Virus record (IMG/VR): IMGVR_UViG_3300037851_000502
Span: 1-53,620 of that record
Direction: 5' to 3' (one strand)
DNA length: 53,620 nucleotides
From: a virus
The position numbers were made by a program, and so were the translations under genes. Below are positions 18,371-26,542 of this stretch, piece after piece (the first letter of the stretch is position 1; each line of letters opens with the position of its first letter). Below the pieces are notes generated by a model. That model ran no database searches. It worked only from the letters and a program-made list of their open reading frames with translations, and was not told where the DNA came from.

Positions 18371-18556
18371 TTATATGCTATTGATTTCTTGCTGTATCGC
18401 CACTTCGGCAGAACCAGCTTTTTTCCGTGTCCAAGTCCGCCGGCAATCCTGCCAGAAAAACCAATTAAACCGGACGAAAGGGGCATACCGCTCCTGCGTC
18501 TTTCCGCACAGAGCAACGATACAAACCCTCCGGGCAACCACACCGTATGATGACAC
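18371..18556 (-). CDS. Hypothetical Trp-rich protein (61 aa)
   Basis: The start abuts the upstream stop; several competing ORFs exist in this stretch. Confidence 0.3.
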   Translation of the reverse strand: MSSYGVVARRVCIVALCGKTQERYAPFVRFNWFFWQDCRRTWTRKKAGSAEVAIQQEINSI

Positions 18557-18557
18557 T

Positions 18558-18779
18558 TCATACCGCCACCGCCCGCTTCAACGCAAGGTCCGCGCAATCC
18601 AGGACCTTCTTCGTCGCCGGTTGCCCGCGTATCGCCGCGATAAACTGCTGATACGAACACCCGCTCCCAGCCAGGTAATACCGCCAGAACCCGGCGAGAT
18701 TATCACACGACAGCTTCTTTATCTGCTGCACTTTGTCAAGCGACAGCGTTCTTGTCTTTGTCACCGGCCGTCCGCTCAT
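18558..18779 (-). CDS. Hypothetical protein, possible small DNA-binding regulator
   Basis: Second gene of the leftward arm; helix-rich; no motif I can name with confidence. Confidence 0.4.
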   Translation of the reverse strand: MSGRPVTKTRTLSLDKVQQIKKLSCDNLAGFWRYYLAGSGCSYQQFIAAIRGQPATKKVLDCADLALKRAVAV

Positions 18780-18939
18780 CTCCGTCCTCCATTTCCTTTA
18801 TTATATCGAGAGCTTCATTCAAGCCATCCATACGCCCATGCAAGGAAGCAATGTCCATTGCAGTATGCTCAGGCTTATTCGTCTTTGTAAAGTAGTAAGC
18901 CGCCCGAGTACGAAGGTGCGTTTTTAAGACATCAAACAT
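18736..18939 (-). CDS. Hypothetical protein (67 aa), first gene of the leftward arm
   Basis: ORF abutting the control region. Confidence 0.4.
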   Translation of the reverse strand: MFDVLKTHLRTRAAYYFTKTNKPEHTAMDIASLHGRMDGLNEALDIIKEMEDGDERTAGDKDKNAVA

Positions 18940-19162
18940 AGTTTAATTCTATCTTTCTTATTTGTCAATATGGATTAAATTCACCCCGTCAAAAGGCGGT
19001 AATGATAATATACACTAAAAATATTATAAAATGCAATTAATTTTTATTGCAGAAATCCTGGAGTACCTACGTGAACTATTGAAGGTTTTACTTTAAGATA
19101 GGCAAAAAATTCCCTATTTTAGATCATTCGGTAATTTTTACCGATTTCGGTAAGAATCGGAG

Positions 19163-19474
19163 TATTGGCATTTTTCGTTAAGTAAGGATTGAGCACCATA
19201 CAAGACTACTAAAATCAGTGGTTTATTGGCAATTGATTAAATCAATATAGGAACCAATTGTATTTAATCAATTGATTTTTCGTCTATATAAGAGCTCCCA
19301 AATTGAATATTGGTATCAAAAAATATTTTAAATGCAGTGTATATATGATTTTCCGCATATAAATTTTTTTTTAAATTCCTATAGGCAATGTTGAAATAGG
19401 TTGTCCAATAAGCCTATGATTTTAATAGACTTATCCTATATTGGCAAGGTAATACGTTGCCAATAGTGCCAATA
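19163..19474. repeat. Dispersed 8-mer sites TATTGGCA / TGCCAATA (candidate operator or iteron set)
   Basis: Perfect copies at 19163, 19224 and 19439 (TATTGGCA) and at 19458 and 19467 (TGCCAATA). 19441-19463 forms TTGGCAA-N9-TTGCCAA. Imperfect copies lie near 19404, 19515 and 19588. Confidence 0.6.
19230..19274. repeat. 13-bp perfect inverted repeat (CAATTGATTAAAT ... ATTTAATCAATTG), 19-bp spacer
   Basis: Arms at 19230-19242 and 19262-19274, read directly. Confidence 0.8.
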
Positions 19475-19685
19475 GCCTCCAACGGTTGTCTATATATATC
19501 AATGGTTTATCTTATATTGGACTTGACAAATAATAAAATATCTTTTTTGTTAAAAAAATACTTAAGTCATTGATAGTTGTTTCAAGATATTGGGCCATTC
19601 GTAAGAAATTTATTTTAAAAAAAGATTTACAACAGGGTGTATATCATTATATTATTAAATTAAGCGAACACTTTCAAAATCAATT

Positions 19686-20108
19686 ATGGCTTTATCCCCA
19701 GAAAGAGCACGAAAAATACTTACTCCATGGAAGCCGGGGCAGAGTGGAAATTTAAAAGGTCGCGGGCATGTAAAAAGTTTTAAAACATTAATCACCCCGT
19801 ACTTAAATTCACCCGCACCAGAAGCCCTCCGGAAAAAGGTAGAGAAACTTTTAGGGATTACACTTCCAGAAACTGTCACGGGACTGGAATTAATGGGCCT
19901 CCGAAATCTTTCTGATTCTATCGACTCTGGAAGAACCGATTCACAGAATATTCTTCTTGAGCGCACCGAAGGAAAAGTCACGAACCCAGTAGCATTCACC
20001 GGTACACCTCCTCCGGTGTTTAATCTTTCCGGGGACACTGCAAAAGAGGTTGTAGAAAAACTGTCCGGGTATTCAAAGACGAATGAAAACAACTCGGATA
20101 TTCAATGA
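19686..20108 (+). CDS. terS: Putative terminase small subunit
   Basis: Lies immediately upstream of and overlapping terL. The N-terminal WKPGQSGNLKGRG resembles the PGQSGNPxGRP motif of small-terminase-like phage proteins. Confidence 0.5.
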   Translation: MALSPERARKILTPWKPGQSGNLKGRGHVKSFKTLITPYLNSPAPEALRKKVEKLLGITLPETVTGLELMGLRNLSDSIDSGRTDSQNILLERTEGKVTNPVAFTGTPPPVFNLSGDTAKEVVEKLSGYSKTNENNSDIQ

Positions 20109-21249
20109 GAACACCCTCGCATTTTTTGACAAAACAAAAAGGCGGGCGCTCAACGAGGGCGGGACATCCTCTACAAAAACTTTTTCTATTCTCCAGCTTC
20201 TTGTCTTCCTCGCCGAATACGCAAAAGAACAAACGCTCATCTCCGTTGTTTCTGAATCCATGCCGCATCTCAAACGCGGTTGCATCCGTGATTTCCTGGT
20301 TATTCTCGGGGACCGGTATCAGGACGAGCTTTGGAATAAATCCGAGGCCCTGTATGAATTCCCAAATAACCTGGGGAAGATTGAATTTTTCTCAGCGGAC
20401 CAGGCGAGTAAGTTGCGCGGCGGTCGTCGGGACATTCTTTTTATCAATGAGTGCAATAATATTCCGTATGAAGCATACATGGAACTGGATATCCGAACAC
20501 GTCTTTTCACGTTTCTTGATTGGAACCCTGTCGGGGAATTTTGGGCGCATGATAAAAATCTTATCCATGATGCGGGGACTCAGTATATCCATAGCACATA
20601 TCTTGACGGAGTGGATGTTCTTCCGGCATCTGTCGTGGCGAATATCGAAGCTCAAAAAGATAAGGACCCGAATTGGTGGAATGTTTACGGTCTCGGCAAG
20701 CTGGGGAACGTCACGGGTATTGTCCATCCTTTTTTCATTCAGGAAGATGCTCTACCAGAGCATGAGCAGCAGAAAGAATTTTATGGCCTTGATTTCGGGT
20801 TTACGAATGATCCGACGTCGCTTATCCGGAACATTATCACCGGTGGGGATGAGCTTCATTCCGAGCAGCTCATATATGAGACAGGCCTTGACAATAACCA
20901 AATTGCAAAACGGATGGAGCAACTCGGGGTGGATAAATCGGCAGTTGTCTGGGGTGATTCGGCAGAACCTAAAAGTATTTCTGAAATCAGTAAGTACGGG
21001 TTTAATATCAACCCTGCCCCCAAGGGTAAAGACTCCATTACAAACGGCATACAGCTCGTGAACCAGCATCGGCAGTTCTGGACGAAGAACTCTGTTGATT
21101 GCATCAAGGAGCAGCGGAATTATCGGTATGAGGTCACGAAGGATGGAAAGTTGACCAACATACCAAGGGACCTCTTCAATCATTCGATGGATGCCCGGCG
21201 GTATGCAGTGATGGGGGAGAAACTTAAAGCAGGGATTCAAGTCTTTTAA
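20083..21249 (+). CDS. terL: Terminase large subunit (PBSX/Terminase_3-like)
   Basis: Walker A-like NEGGTSSTKT, Walker B DILFINECNN, nuclease region VVWGDSAEPKSISEISKYGF. Confidence 0.85.
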   Translation: MKTTRIFNENTLAFFDKTKRRALNEGGTSSTKTFSILQLLVFLAEYAKEQTLISVVSESMPHLKRGCIRDFLVILGDRYQDELWNKSEALYEFPNNLGKIEFFSADQASKLRGGRRDILFINECNNIPYEAYMELDIRTRLFTFLDWNPVGEFWAHDKNLIHDAGTQYIHSTYLDGVDVLPASVVANIEAQKDKDPNWWNVYGLGKLGNVTGIVHPFFIQEDALPEHEQQKEFYGLDFGFTNDPTSLIRNIITGGDELHSEQLIYETGLDNNQIAKRMEQLGVDKSAVVWGDSAEPKSISEISKYGFNINPAPKGKDSITNGIQLVNQHRQFWTKNSVDCIKEQRNYRYEVTKDGKLTNIPRDLFNHSMDARRYAVMGEKLKAGIQVF

Positions 21250-21269
21250 GGGCCGAAGGGATTTTGATA

Positions 21270-24233
21270 ATGCTTGTTGACCGTCATGGAAAAGATATCG
21301 TCGTAGAGAAAGCGGCTGTGATGCAGAACGCGGACCCGGCGCTATGGTTTTCCAGCGACTCAGGGGCGTCGGTCGCCATTGCGGATGTCGAGAAGCAACC
21401 GTATAAATTTTACTGGACGATTTACGCCTGTGCCCGCGTGATAGTTAAAAACATTTCCAGGCTTCCTCGATACCTTACCACTCTCCGCGGTGAATCTAAA
21501 AAGATTACTGAGCATGAAGTCCTGAAACTTTTGGCCAAACCGAACCCGGCGCTTACTCGTACATCTTTTTATGAGCAGATAGGGCTGAGCCTGTTGCTCC
21601 CCGCAGCGCAGTCCTATGGCAAGAACATGAAGGGCGGAGAGTGCTTTATCGTTGGTGAAATGGCTAACGGTAACAAAGCGGATTTCGCTCGGGGCGATAT
21701 CCCGCTCATGCTTTTCTGTTTCAACTCGTCCATGATGTCCCCCGCGTTTTCAGAACAGAAGAAGTGGATAGGGTGGAATTATTCTGTACCGAATACATCC
21801 TCGAAAGCAGAGTTTTACCGGACGACGGAAGTCATTCGGGTTTTCAATCTCAATCCCTATAATATTCTCGAAGGTCTGTCCCCGATTTCATCTGTGCAGT
21901 TGTCCATGGTCCGTGATATCAAGGCGGATTTATGGAATAGCAGGATGTATGACAACGATGCGATTCCCCAGGGTGTTTTGAAATCAGACCAGCAACTTAA
22001 TGAGACAGACGCGCGGGAGATTTCAACACGGTGGTATGAGAGGTATGGTGGGCCCGGGAATACTCGCCGTGTTGCCGTGCTTGGCAAGGGTGTGGAGTTT
22101 CAGAATATCTCTGTCGCGGCGAAGGACATGGAATTCTCGGAGCAAAAAGATAAAGCCATGCGCGAAATCATCAGCGTCATGGGCTTGAATAAAATTGCTC
22201 TCGGGGACTATGAACAGATAAACCGGGCGACGATTGAAATTGGTCGGTTGATGCTTTGGGAAGATACATACCTCCCGATTGACGAACAGATAATGGAGGC
22301 TTTTAATTCCCAGTGGATAAACAATATCGACCCGCGGCAGGTACTCGAACTCAAAGCCGATACTTCAGGGATATCCATCCTAAAAAAGCAGTATGATAAA
22401 CAGGTTGCAGCATCGAAGACCATGTATGATATGGGTGTTCCCGCGGCGACGGCGTTCCGGGTGAATGAGGTACCGATAACTGAGGAAGATATCGCGAATG
22501 CTCCTTGGTTACTCGAAAAGCCTGTCCAATCTTTCGCCCCTGTCCTCCCCCCGGAAGAAGAAAAACCGGAGCCGGAAAAAGCAGTGAAGTCTGGATTCGT
22601 TTATCGGTTGGACAAGGATGAGCGGGACAAGTTTTCGATGTCATATATCGAAAAGGTTCTTGACCCGGGTGAAAAGACCATGGTGTCCCGGCTCATCAAG
22701 TTCTTTATCCGTGAACGGAATGAGATGCAGGACAATGTCGACGAGTGGTTGAAGCGGAACGCCAAATCATTGACGAAGGCCCTGGTGAACCCGGCCGTAT
22801 TTCTTCTTGACATAAGCGAAGAGGCTGAGGACATGATAAAAACGGTGTATCGCCCGCAGGTTATTGAGCAGCTCAAGCGGGAAAAGGTGGAGTTAATCGA
22901 GGAACTGGGGGACGTGGTTGAATGGAATGTCACGGACCCGCTCATCAATTCGTATGTGAATGCCCGCCGGGCGGGGATGAAACGGGTAATCATGAATGAG
23001 ATGAAGACCGTTTCAGACCAGATAAGTGATGCCGTTGAAGCTGGAACTGCGAATAATGCTACGATTGCAGAGATGGCTTCGAGCATAAAGCAGGCAATCG
23101 CGGACGTCGGGGAACAATATAAGAATCAGAGTGTCACAATTGCCCGGACAGAGACAGGAATCATTTCATCGAAGCAGCGATTTGAGACATTCAAGGAAAT
23201 CGGGGCGGAGTATAAGCAGTGGATAAATGCCCATGATGAAAAGGTTCGGGATTCACATCGTGACGGGACCGGGGACGGGGGAAAGATTCTCGGGATAAAT
23301 GATATCTTCCCGAATACCGGATTGATGTACCCGCTCGAAGCAGGCGGGGCAGCGGGAGAGGTGATTAATTGTGTTCTTCCGGGGACAATAGTTTCAGGTT
23401 CATTTGTGGCCGCTCTAAAATCCTTTTATTCTGGTAAGGCCATCGAATTGACCACGAGGAACGGTAACCGGGTTTGCGTGACGGTCAATCACCCCATAAC
23501 CACAAGCAGAGGGTTTATTCCTGCTTACAGCATCAAGAAAGGCGATGACATTGTTTGCCATCGCGGAGATGTTGGCACCTTCTCTTCGAGTTGGTACGCT
23601 GATAAACAGAACGGAGAATCCCGCGTTGAGGATGTCTTCAACACGATTTCGGCGAATGGAACCTCGTGGATTAAAACACCATCCCGCTTCGACTTCGATG
23701 GCGATGGAGAATTTCTGCGACAGCAAATCGATCTTGTGGTAGGGCTTCGTTCCTTGGGAGGCAGGGGTGCTACTCTTGATTCTTCCTTGATGGGTGAAAT
23801 AGAAGCCCCGTTTGTTGAGTTCGGAAATAAGTTCAAGTTCATATCTCCCGATAGGTCCAGTATCATGGGTGCCTTGAGGCCCGGTTTCTTTGGACCCTCT
23901 TCGAGCGGACCAAGCCGCAGAGAGTTTTCTGATAATGGCATCGGGGTCCTTTCTGATGTTCTGCCATTTAAGGAATTCCGCTTCGGAGCTGCCGCGGATA
24001 TGAATATTTCTCGTTATAAGTATTCGACGGATGACGCTTCGGCTTACGAGTCTTTTCTTAGCGACCTGATTTTCACTCATCCCGGAGAGGTATTCATTGA
24101 TGACGTTATCGATGTCAGGACCTTTGATTATTCTGGACATGTTTACGACCTCCAATCGAAAGTAGGATATTTCAACAGCAATAATATACTTTCTCGCAAT
24201 TGTCGATGCACTCTTATTCTCGTATCAAAGTAA
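21270..24233 (+). CDS. Portal protein (HK97-type) fused to MuF/SPP1-gp7-like head morphogenesis domain, interrupted by an intein
   Basis: Portal-like N-terminal ~430 aa (LLAKPNPALTRTSFYEQ..., RWYERYGGPGNTRRVAVLG, MEFSEQKDKAMREIISVMGL). MuF region ARTETGIISS...WINAHDEKVRDSHRDGTG. The C-terminus ...GEVIN/CRCTL completes the NCRC motif only after intein removal. The first ATG is 21270 (track TTG at 21264). Confidence 0.85.
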   Translation: MLVDRHGKDIVVEKAAVMQNADPALWFSSDSGASVAIADVEKQPYKFYWTIYACARVIVKNISRLPRYLTTLRGESKKITEHEVLKLLAKPNPALTRTSFYEQIGLSLLLPAAQSYGKNMKGGECFIVGEMANGNKADFARGDIPLMLFCFNSSMMSPAFSEQKKWIGWNYSVPNTSSKAEFYRTTEVIRVFNLNPYNILEGLSPISSVQLSMVRDIKADLWNSRMYDNDAIPQGVLKSDQQLNETDAREISTRWYERYGGPGNTRRVAVLGKGVEFQNISVAAKDMEFSEQKDKAMREIISVMGLNKIALGDYEQINRATIEIGRLMLWEDTYLPIDEQIMEAFNSQWINNIDPRQVLELKADTSGISILKKQYDKQVAASKTMYDMGVPAATAFRVNEVPITEEDIANAPWLLEKPVQSFAPVLPPEEEKPEPEKAVKSGFVYRLDKDERDKFSMSYIEKVLDPGEKTMVSRLIKFFIRERNEMQDNVDEWLKRNAKSLTKALVNPAVFLLDISEEAEDMIKTVYRPQVIEQLKREKVELIEELGDVVEWNVTDPLINSYVNARRAGMKRVIMNEMKTVSDQISDAVEAGTANNATIAEMASSIKQAIADVGEQYKNQSVTIARTETGIISSKQRFETFKEIGAEYKQWINAHDEKVRDSHRDGTGDGGKILGINDIFPNTGLMYPLEAGGAAGEVINCVLPGTIVSGSFVAALKSFYSGKAIELTTRNGNRVCVTVNHPITTSRGFIPAYSIKKGDDIVCHRGDVGTFSSSWYADKQNGESRVEDVFNTISANGTSWIKTPSRFDFDGDGEFLRQQIDLVVGLRSLGGRGATLDSSLMGEIEAPFVEFGNKFKFISPDRSSIMGALRPGFFGPSSSGPSRREFSDNGIGVLSDVLPFKEFRFGAAADMNISRYKYSTDDASAYESFLSDLIFTHPGEVFIDDVIDVRTFDYSGHVYDLQSKVGYFNSNNILSRNCRCTLILVSK
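23370..24200 (+). mobile_element. Intein (277 aa, Hint fold) inserted in the MuF NCRC motif
   Basis: Block A CVLPGTIV (Cys1), block B VTVNHPIT (TxxH), block F FDYSGHVYDLQS, block G NNILSRN followed by +1 Cys (CRC). The flanking extein residues join to give GEVIN-CRCT. Confidence 0.8.
23415..24140 (-). CDS. Antisense ORF inside the intein: HTH plus PD-(D/E)xK (DUF559/Vsr-like) putative homing endonuclease
   Basis: 241 codons from the ATG at 24140 (246 from the TTG at 24155), with GGAGG 8 nt upstream. HTH-like segment GMSENQVAKKRLVSRSVIRRIL. Nuclease-like segments YELELISELNKRGFYFTHQ, YHKIDLLSQKFSIAIEVEAG and NRVEDILNAGFSVLFIS. It lies wholly within the intein boundaries. Confidence 0.55.
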   Translation of the reverse strand: MSRIIKGPDIDNVINEYLSGMSENQVAKKRLVSRSVIRRILITRNIHIRGSSEAEFLKWQNIRKDPDAIIRKLSAAWSARRGSKETGPQGTHDTGPIGRYELELISELNKRGFYFTHQGRIKSSTPASQGTKPYHKIDLLSQKFSIAIEVEAGWCFNPRGSIRRNRVEDILNAGFSVLFISVPTRREGANISAMANNVIAFLDAVSRNKPSACGYGVIDRHANPVTVPRGQFDGLTRIKGF

Positions 24234-24251
24234 GTTTACAAAGGAGAACCG

Positions 24252-24389
24252 ATGCAGAATAAAAAAGAAGAGCCCGTAAAGAAACAGGATGTGCGTAAAC
24301 CGGAGCCCGAGGTAAAGAACCGGGCAATCCTTCCGAAGAAAAATAAACGGCCGATTTGCATATACATAGAGCTTGGGGACTTTGAATAA
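24252..24389 (+). CDS. Small basic protein (45 aa, below ORF-track cutoff)
   Basis: Manual translation: MQNKKEEPVKKQDVRKPEPEVKNRAILPKKNKRPICIYIELGDFE. SD AAGGAGAACC; stop overlaps the next ATG (TAATG). Confidence 0.4.
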   Translation: MQNKKEEPVKKQDVRKPEPEVKNRAILPKKNKRPICIYIELGDFE

Positions 24390-25009
24390 TGGACCTTGCA
24401 TTCAATGACAATATCGGAGCGACAGGAATCACTGATGGTGTTCAGTATGCTCGATTGGATATGATTTCCGGGTCTCTTGAAGTAATCGACTATGAGCATC
24501 ATGAGATTCACGGGGGGTCTTCATTTTCTGTATCACACTACGGCACAAGCAAGGGGGACGGGGATACGATAAACATTTATTTAAAGACCCCCAATACCAC
24601 GAAACTTTGCCACGTTCTTTTTAGTTGGTCGTCGAGTGGTGCGGCATTTGGCAGGATATATGAAGCCCCGGTGATAACTGCGAACACAGGAACAAACGGG
24701 GTAGCGATATTTAACAGGTATCGTGATTCTGCGAATGCTTCCGTTGTTGTAGATAACGCGACTTCTCCCGCTGCAAACAAGGTAGGTATAGATGTTACGA
24801 AGACCGGGGACGGTACGATTCTTTTAGTAGAGTATGCCGGAGTGGCAAAATCGCAGGGGGCTTCACATAGGGGGGATTCGGAATTTATCCTAAAAGCAAA
24901 TACAGCATATTTGTTTGAAGTTGAAAGTGATGCTGCGGGATTGACACTGAATTCGACGATAGCCTGGTATGAGCATACGAACAAGGAACAGATTTCTTTC
25001 ATCCAATAG
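24389..25009 (+). CDS. Hypothetical protein in head module (206 aa)
   Basis: ORF in the late operon; beta-rich composition; no motif I can name. Confidence 0.6.
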   Translation: MDLAFNDNIGATGITDGVQYARLDMISGSLEVIDYEHHEIHGGSSFSVSHYGTSKGDGDTINIYLKTPNTTKLCHVLFSWSSSGAAFGRIYEAPVITANTGTNGVAIFNRYRDSANASVVVDNATSPAANKVGIDVTKTGDGTILLVEYAGVAKSQGASHRGDSEFILKANTAYLFEVESDAAGLTLNSTIAWYEHTNKEQISFIQ

Positions 25010-25018
25010 GAGAGCCGT

Positions 25019-25381
25019 ATGGGATTCAGCAGAATTAATTTCAAGGAGCTCTGTGCCCTTTTGTCAATTGCTGCGGCATTACTTACCGCAGCATATTTCC
25101 TCCACGGGTGCGCAAAAGAGACGACAATCATCCAGCAGTATCAACCGTCCGGGTACACGGTATCCATTTCCTGTGCCGGAGATTGGTCCGGGACTGTGAA
25201 TGATTCCACATACTTCATCTATGGGAACAAGGAAATTAGTGTCACCGGGAATTACGTCCTTGCGAGAATATCCCGGGACGGCGGCGGGTTTATCTATGTC
25301 GCCTTATTCAAAGGCTGGGAGATGATTGCCGATGAGTCACGGCAGTCCGGCACGATTGTCATCGGGGATTCTTTGAAGTGA
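25019..25381 (+). CDS. Putative lipoprotein
   Basis: Signal peptide and lipobox: ...LLSIAAALLTAAYFLHG-C; SD AGGAGAGCC. Confidence 0.6.
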   Translation: MGFSRINFKELCALLSIAAALLTAAYFLHGCAKETTIIQQYQPSGYTVSISCAGDWSGTVNDSTYFIYGNKEISVTGNYVLARISRDGGGFIYVALFKGWEMIADESRQSGTIVIGDSLK

Positions 25382-25384
25382 CTT

Positions 25385-25540
25385 ATGCCTGTAATCTGCT
25401 TAAATTGTTTTGCAGAGCGGGATGAATCGGAATTAAATCGACTGGGGATATGTGTCTATTGTCTTGAAGAAAAAGAAGAGCCGGAAAAAGAAGGGCTCGA
25501 CCTCGGATATAAAACGGATGACGATTTCAAGGAGATTTAA
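25385..25540 (+). CDS. Small zinc-ribbon protein (51 aa, below ORF-track cutoff)
   Basis: Manual translation: MPVICLNCFAERDESELNRLGICVYCLEEKEEPEKEGLDLGYKTDDDFKEI (CxxC-x16-CxxC). Confidence 0.4.
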   Translation: MPVICLNCFAERDESELNRLGICVYCLEEKEEPEKEGLDLGYKTDDDFKEI

Positions 25541-25541
25541 G

Positions 25542-26498
25542 ATGAATGAAAAAGACCGGTCAAAAGGAAAACAGGTAGGTCGTGTATTCTCCGGGTTCGC
25601 GCCATCGTCATTGGAGATGAAGCCCGACGAGTGCAAGAAACTCTGTGAAAAGCTGGGCAAAGAATATCTTCCGGGATATGAGGACCGGGTTCTTTCGTAC
25701 ATCACGACAACGGAAACCCCGGACCGGGCGGGGGACATTGTGCGGGCGGCAGGGGCGAATCTCGAAGCATACATGAAAAATCCTCAGGTGATGTATGCCC
25801 ATCAGCATGACCAGTATCCTGTCGGATGTGCATTGAAAATATGGATTGACAAAGCACAAAAGAATATCCCCGCATGGGCGATGTTCCTTGACAATCGGGT
25901 CGATTCCAGCGGGCGGTCGGACCTGGTTTACAAGTTCGCAAAATCCCGGATGATGCCATGTTGCTCAATCGGATTTATGCCTACGAAAACGAATCGGCCA
26001 TCCAGTGCGGAAGAGCGGACCAAACTCGGACTTGGTGACTGGGGCATGGAATATCTTGAATGGGACTACCTTGAATTTTCCCCGTGTTCAATACCGATGA
26101 ATCCCGATGCGATGCAGAACGCTTTGAAGTCCGCGAATTTCAAAGCTGTGTCTTTTGCTCAGGAAGATTTCGACCTCATGGTGAAGATTGCTTTCATGGA
26201 CCAGAATCTCGTGGACATTCTGGCCAACAGCTTAAAGCCTTTGAAGACGGTAAGCATACCAAATACCCAGGAAGAGGTACCTGTTGCAACCACCGAAGTG
26301 GAGGACACTGAAATGAAACAGCTTAACGAAACCATGCTCGAACTCGTGAAGACAATCAATGACCTCGTAACGGCGACGAATGCCATGTCCAAGCGTGTGG
26401 ACGATACTCTTGCGTCACTGAAATCCTCCCCCGGCACCCCCGGCGGCGCGGATGAAGGAAAAGCGCTGGAGGATATGTACTTCCGTATTGGACTGTGA
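25542..26498 (+). CDS. Prohead protease (HK97 S78-like) with C-terminal scaffold-like tail
   Basis: ITTTETPDRAGDIVRAAGANLEAYMKNPQVMYAHQ. The ATG at 25542 is preceded by AAGGAGA (track start 25452). The C-terminus is helical and acidic. Confidence 0.8.
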   Translation: MNEKDRSKGKQVGRVFSGFAPSSLEMKPDECKKLCEKLGKEYLPGYEDRVLSYITTTETPDRAGDIVRAAGANLEAYMKNPQVMYAHQHDQYPVGCALKIWIDKAQKNIPAWAMFLDNRVDSSGRSDLVYKFAKSRMMPCCSIGFMPTKTNRPSSAEERTKLGLGDWGMEYLEWDYLEFSPCSIPMNPDAMQNALKSANFKAVSFAQEDFDLMVKIAFMDQNLVDILANSLKPLKTVSIPNTQEEVPVATTEVEDTEMKQLNETMLELVKTINDLVTATNAMSKRVDDTLASLKSSPGTPGGADEGKALEDMYFRIGL

Positions 26499-26542
26499 CA
26501 GATAAATAAGAAGAGCCCAACGAAATCTGAAAGGATTTTAAA

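Larger units (their letters stand above)
18940..19685. promoter_or_regulatory. Divergent early/late control region (AT-rich, dense in palindromes and repeats)
   Basis: About 750 bp without credible ORFs between oppositely oriented gene arms. Contains the repeats listed separately and the overlapping palindromes CGGTAA-TTT-TTACCG and CCGATT-N8-AATCGG at 19129-19160. Confidence 0.65.

Noticed and set aside
19523-19556. TTGACA (19523-19528) with a downstream TGnTAAAAA as the rightward late promoter
   Set aside because: The spacing to the best -10-like element is about 22 nt, too long for a sigma70-type promoter. The host and its promoter consensus are unknown, so I make no promoter call.
23691-23708. 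Sense-strand DFDGDG inside the intein resembles the DGDG part of a LAGLIDADG motif
   Set aside because: There is only one copy, no preceding hydrophobic helix and no second motif. The string is the reverse-complement reading of the antisense IAIEVEA catalytic-like segment. I could not rule it out without a profile search, so it is listed as the key alternative for the antisense-endonuclease finding.
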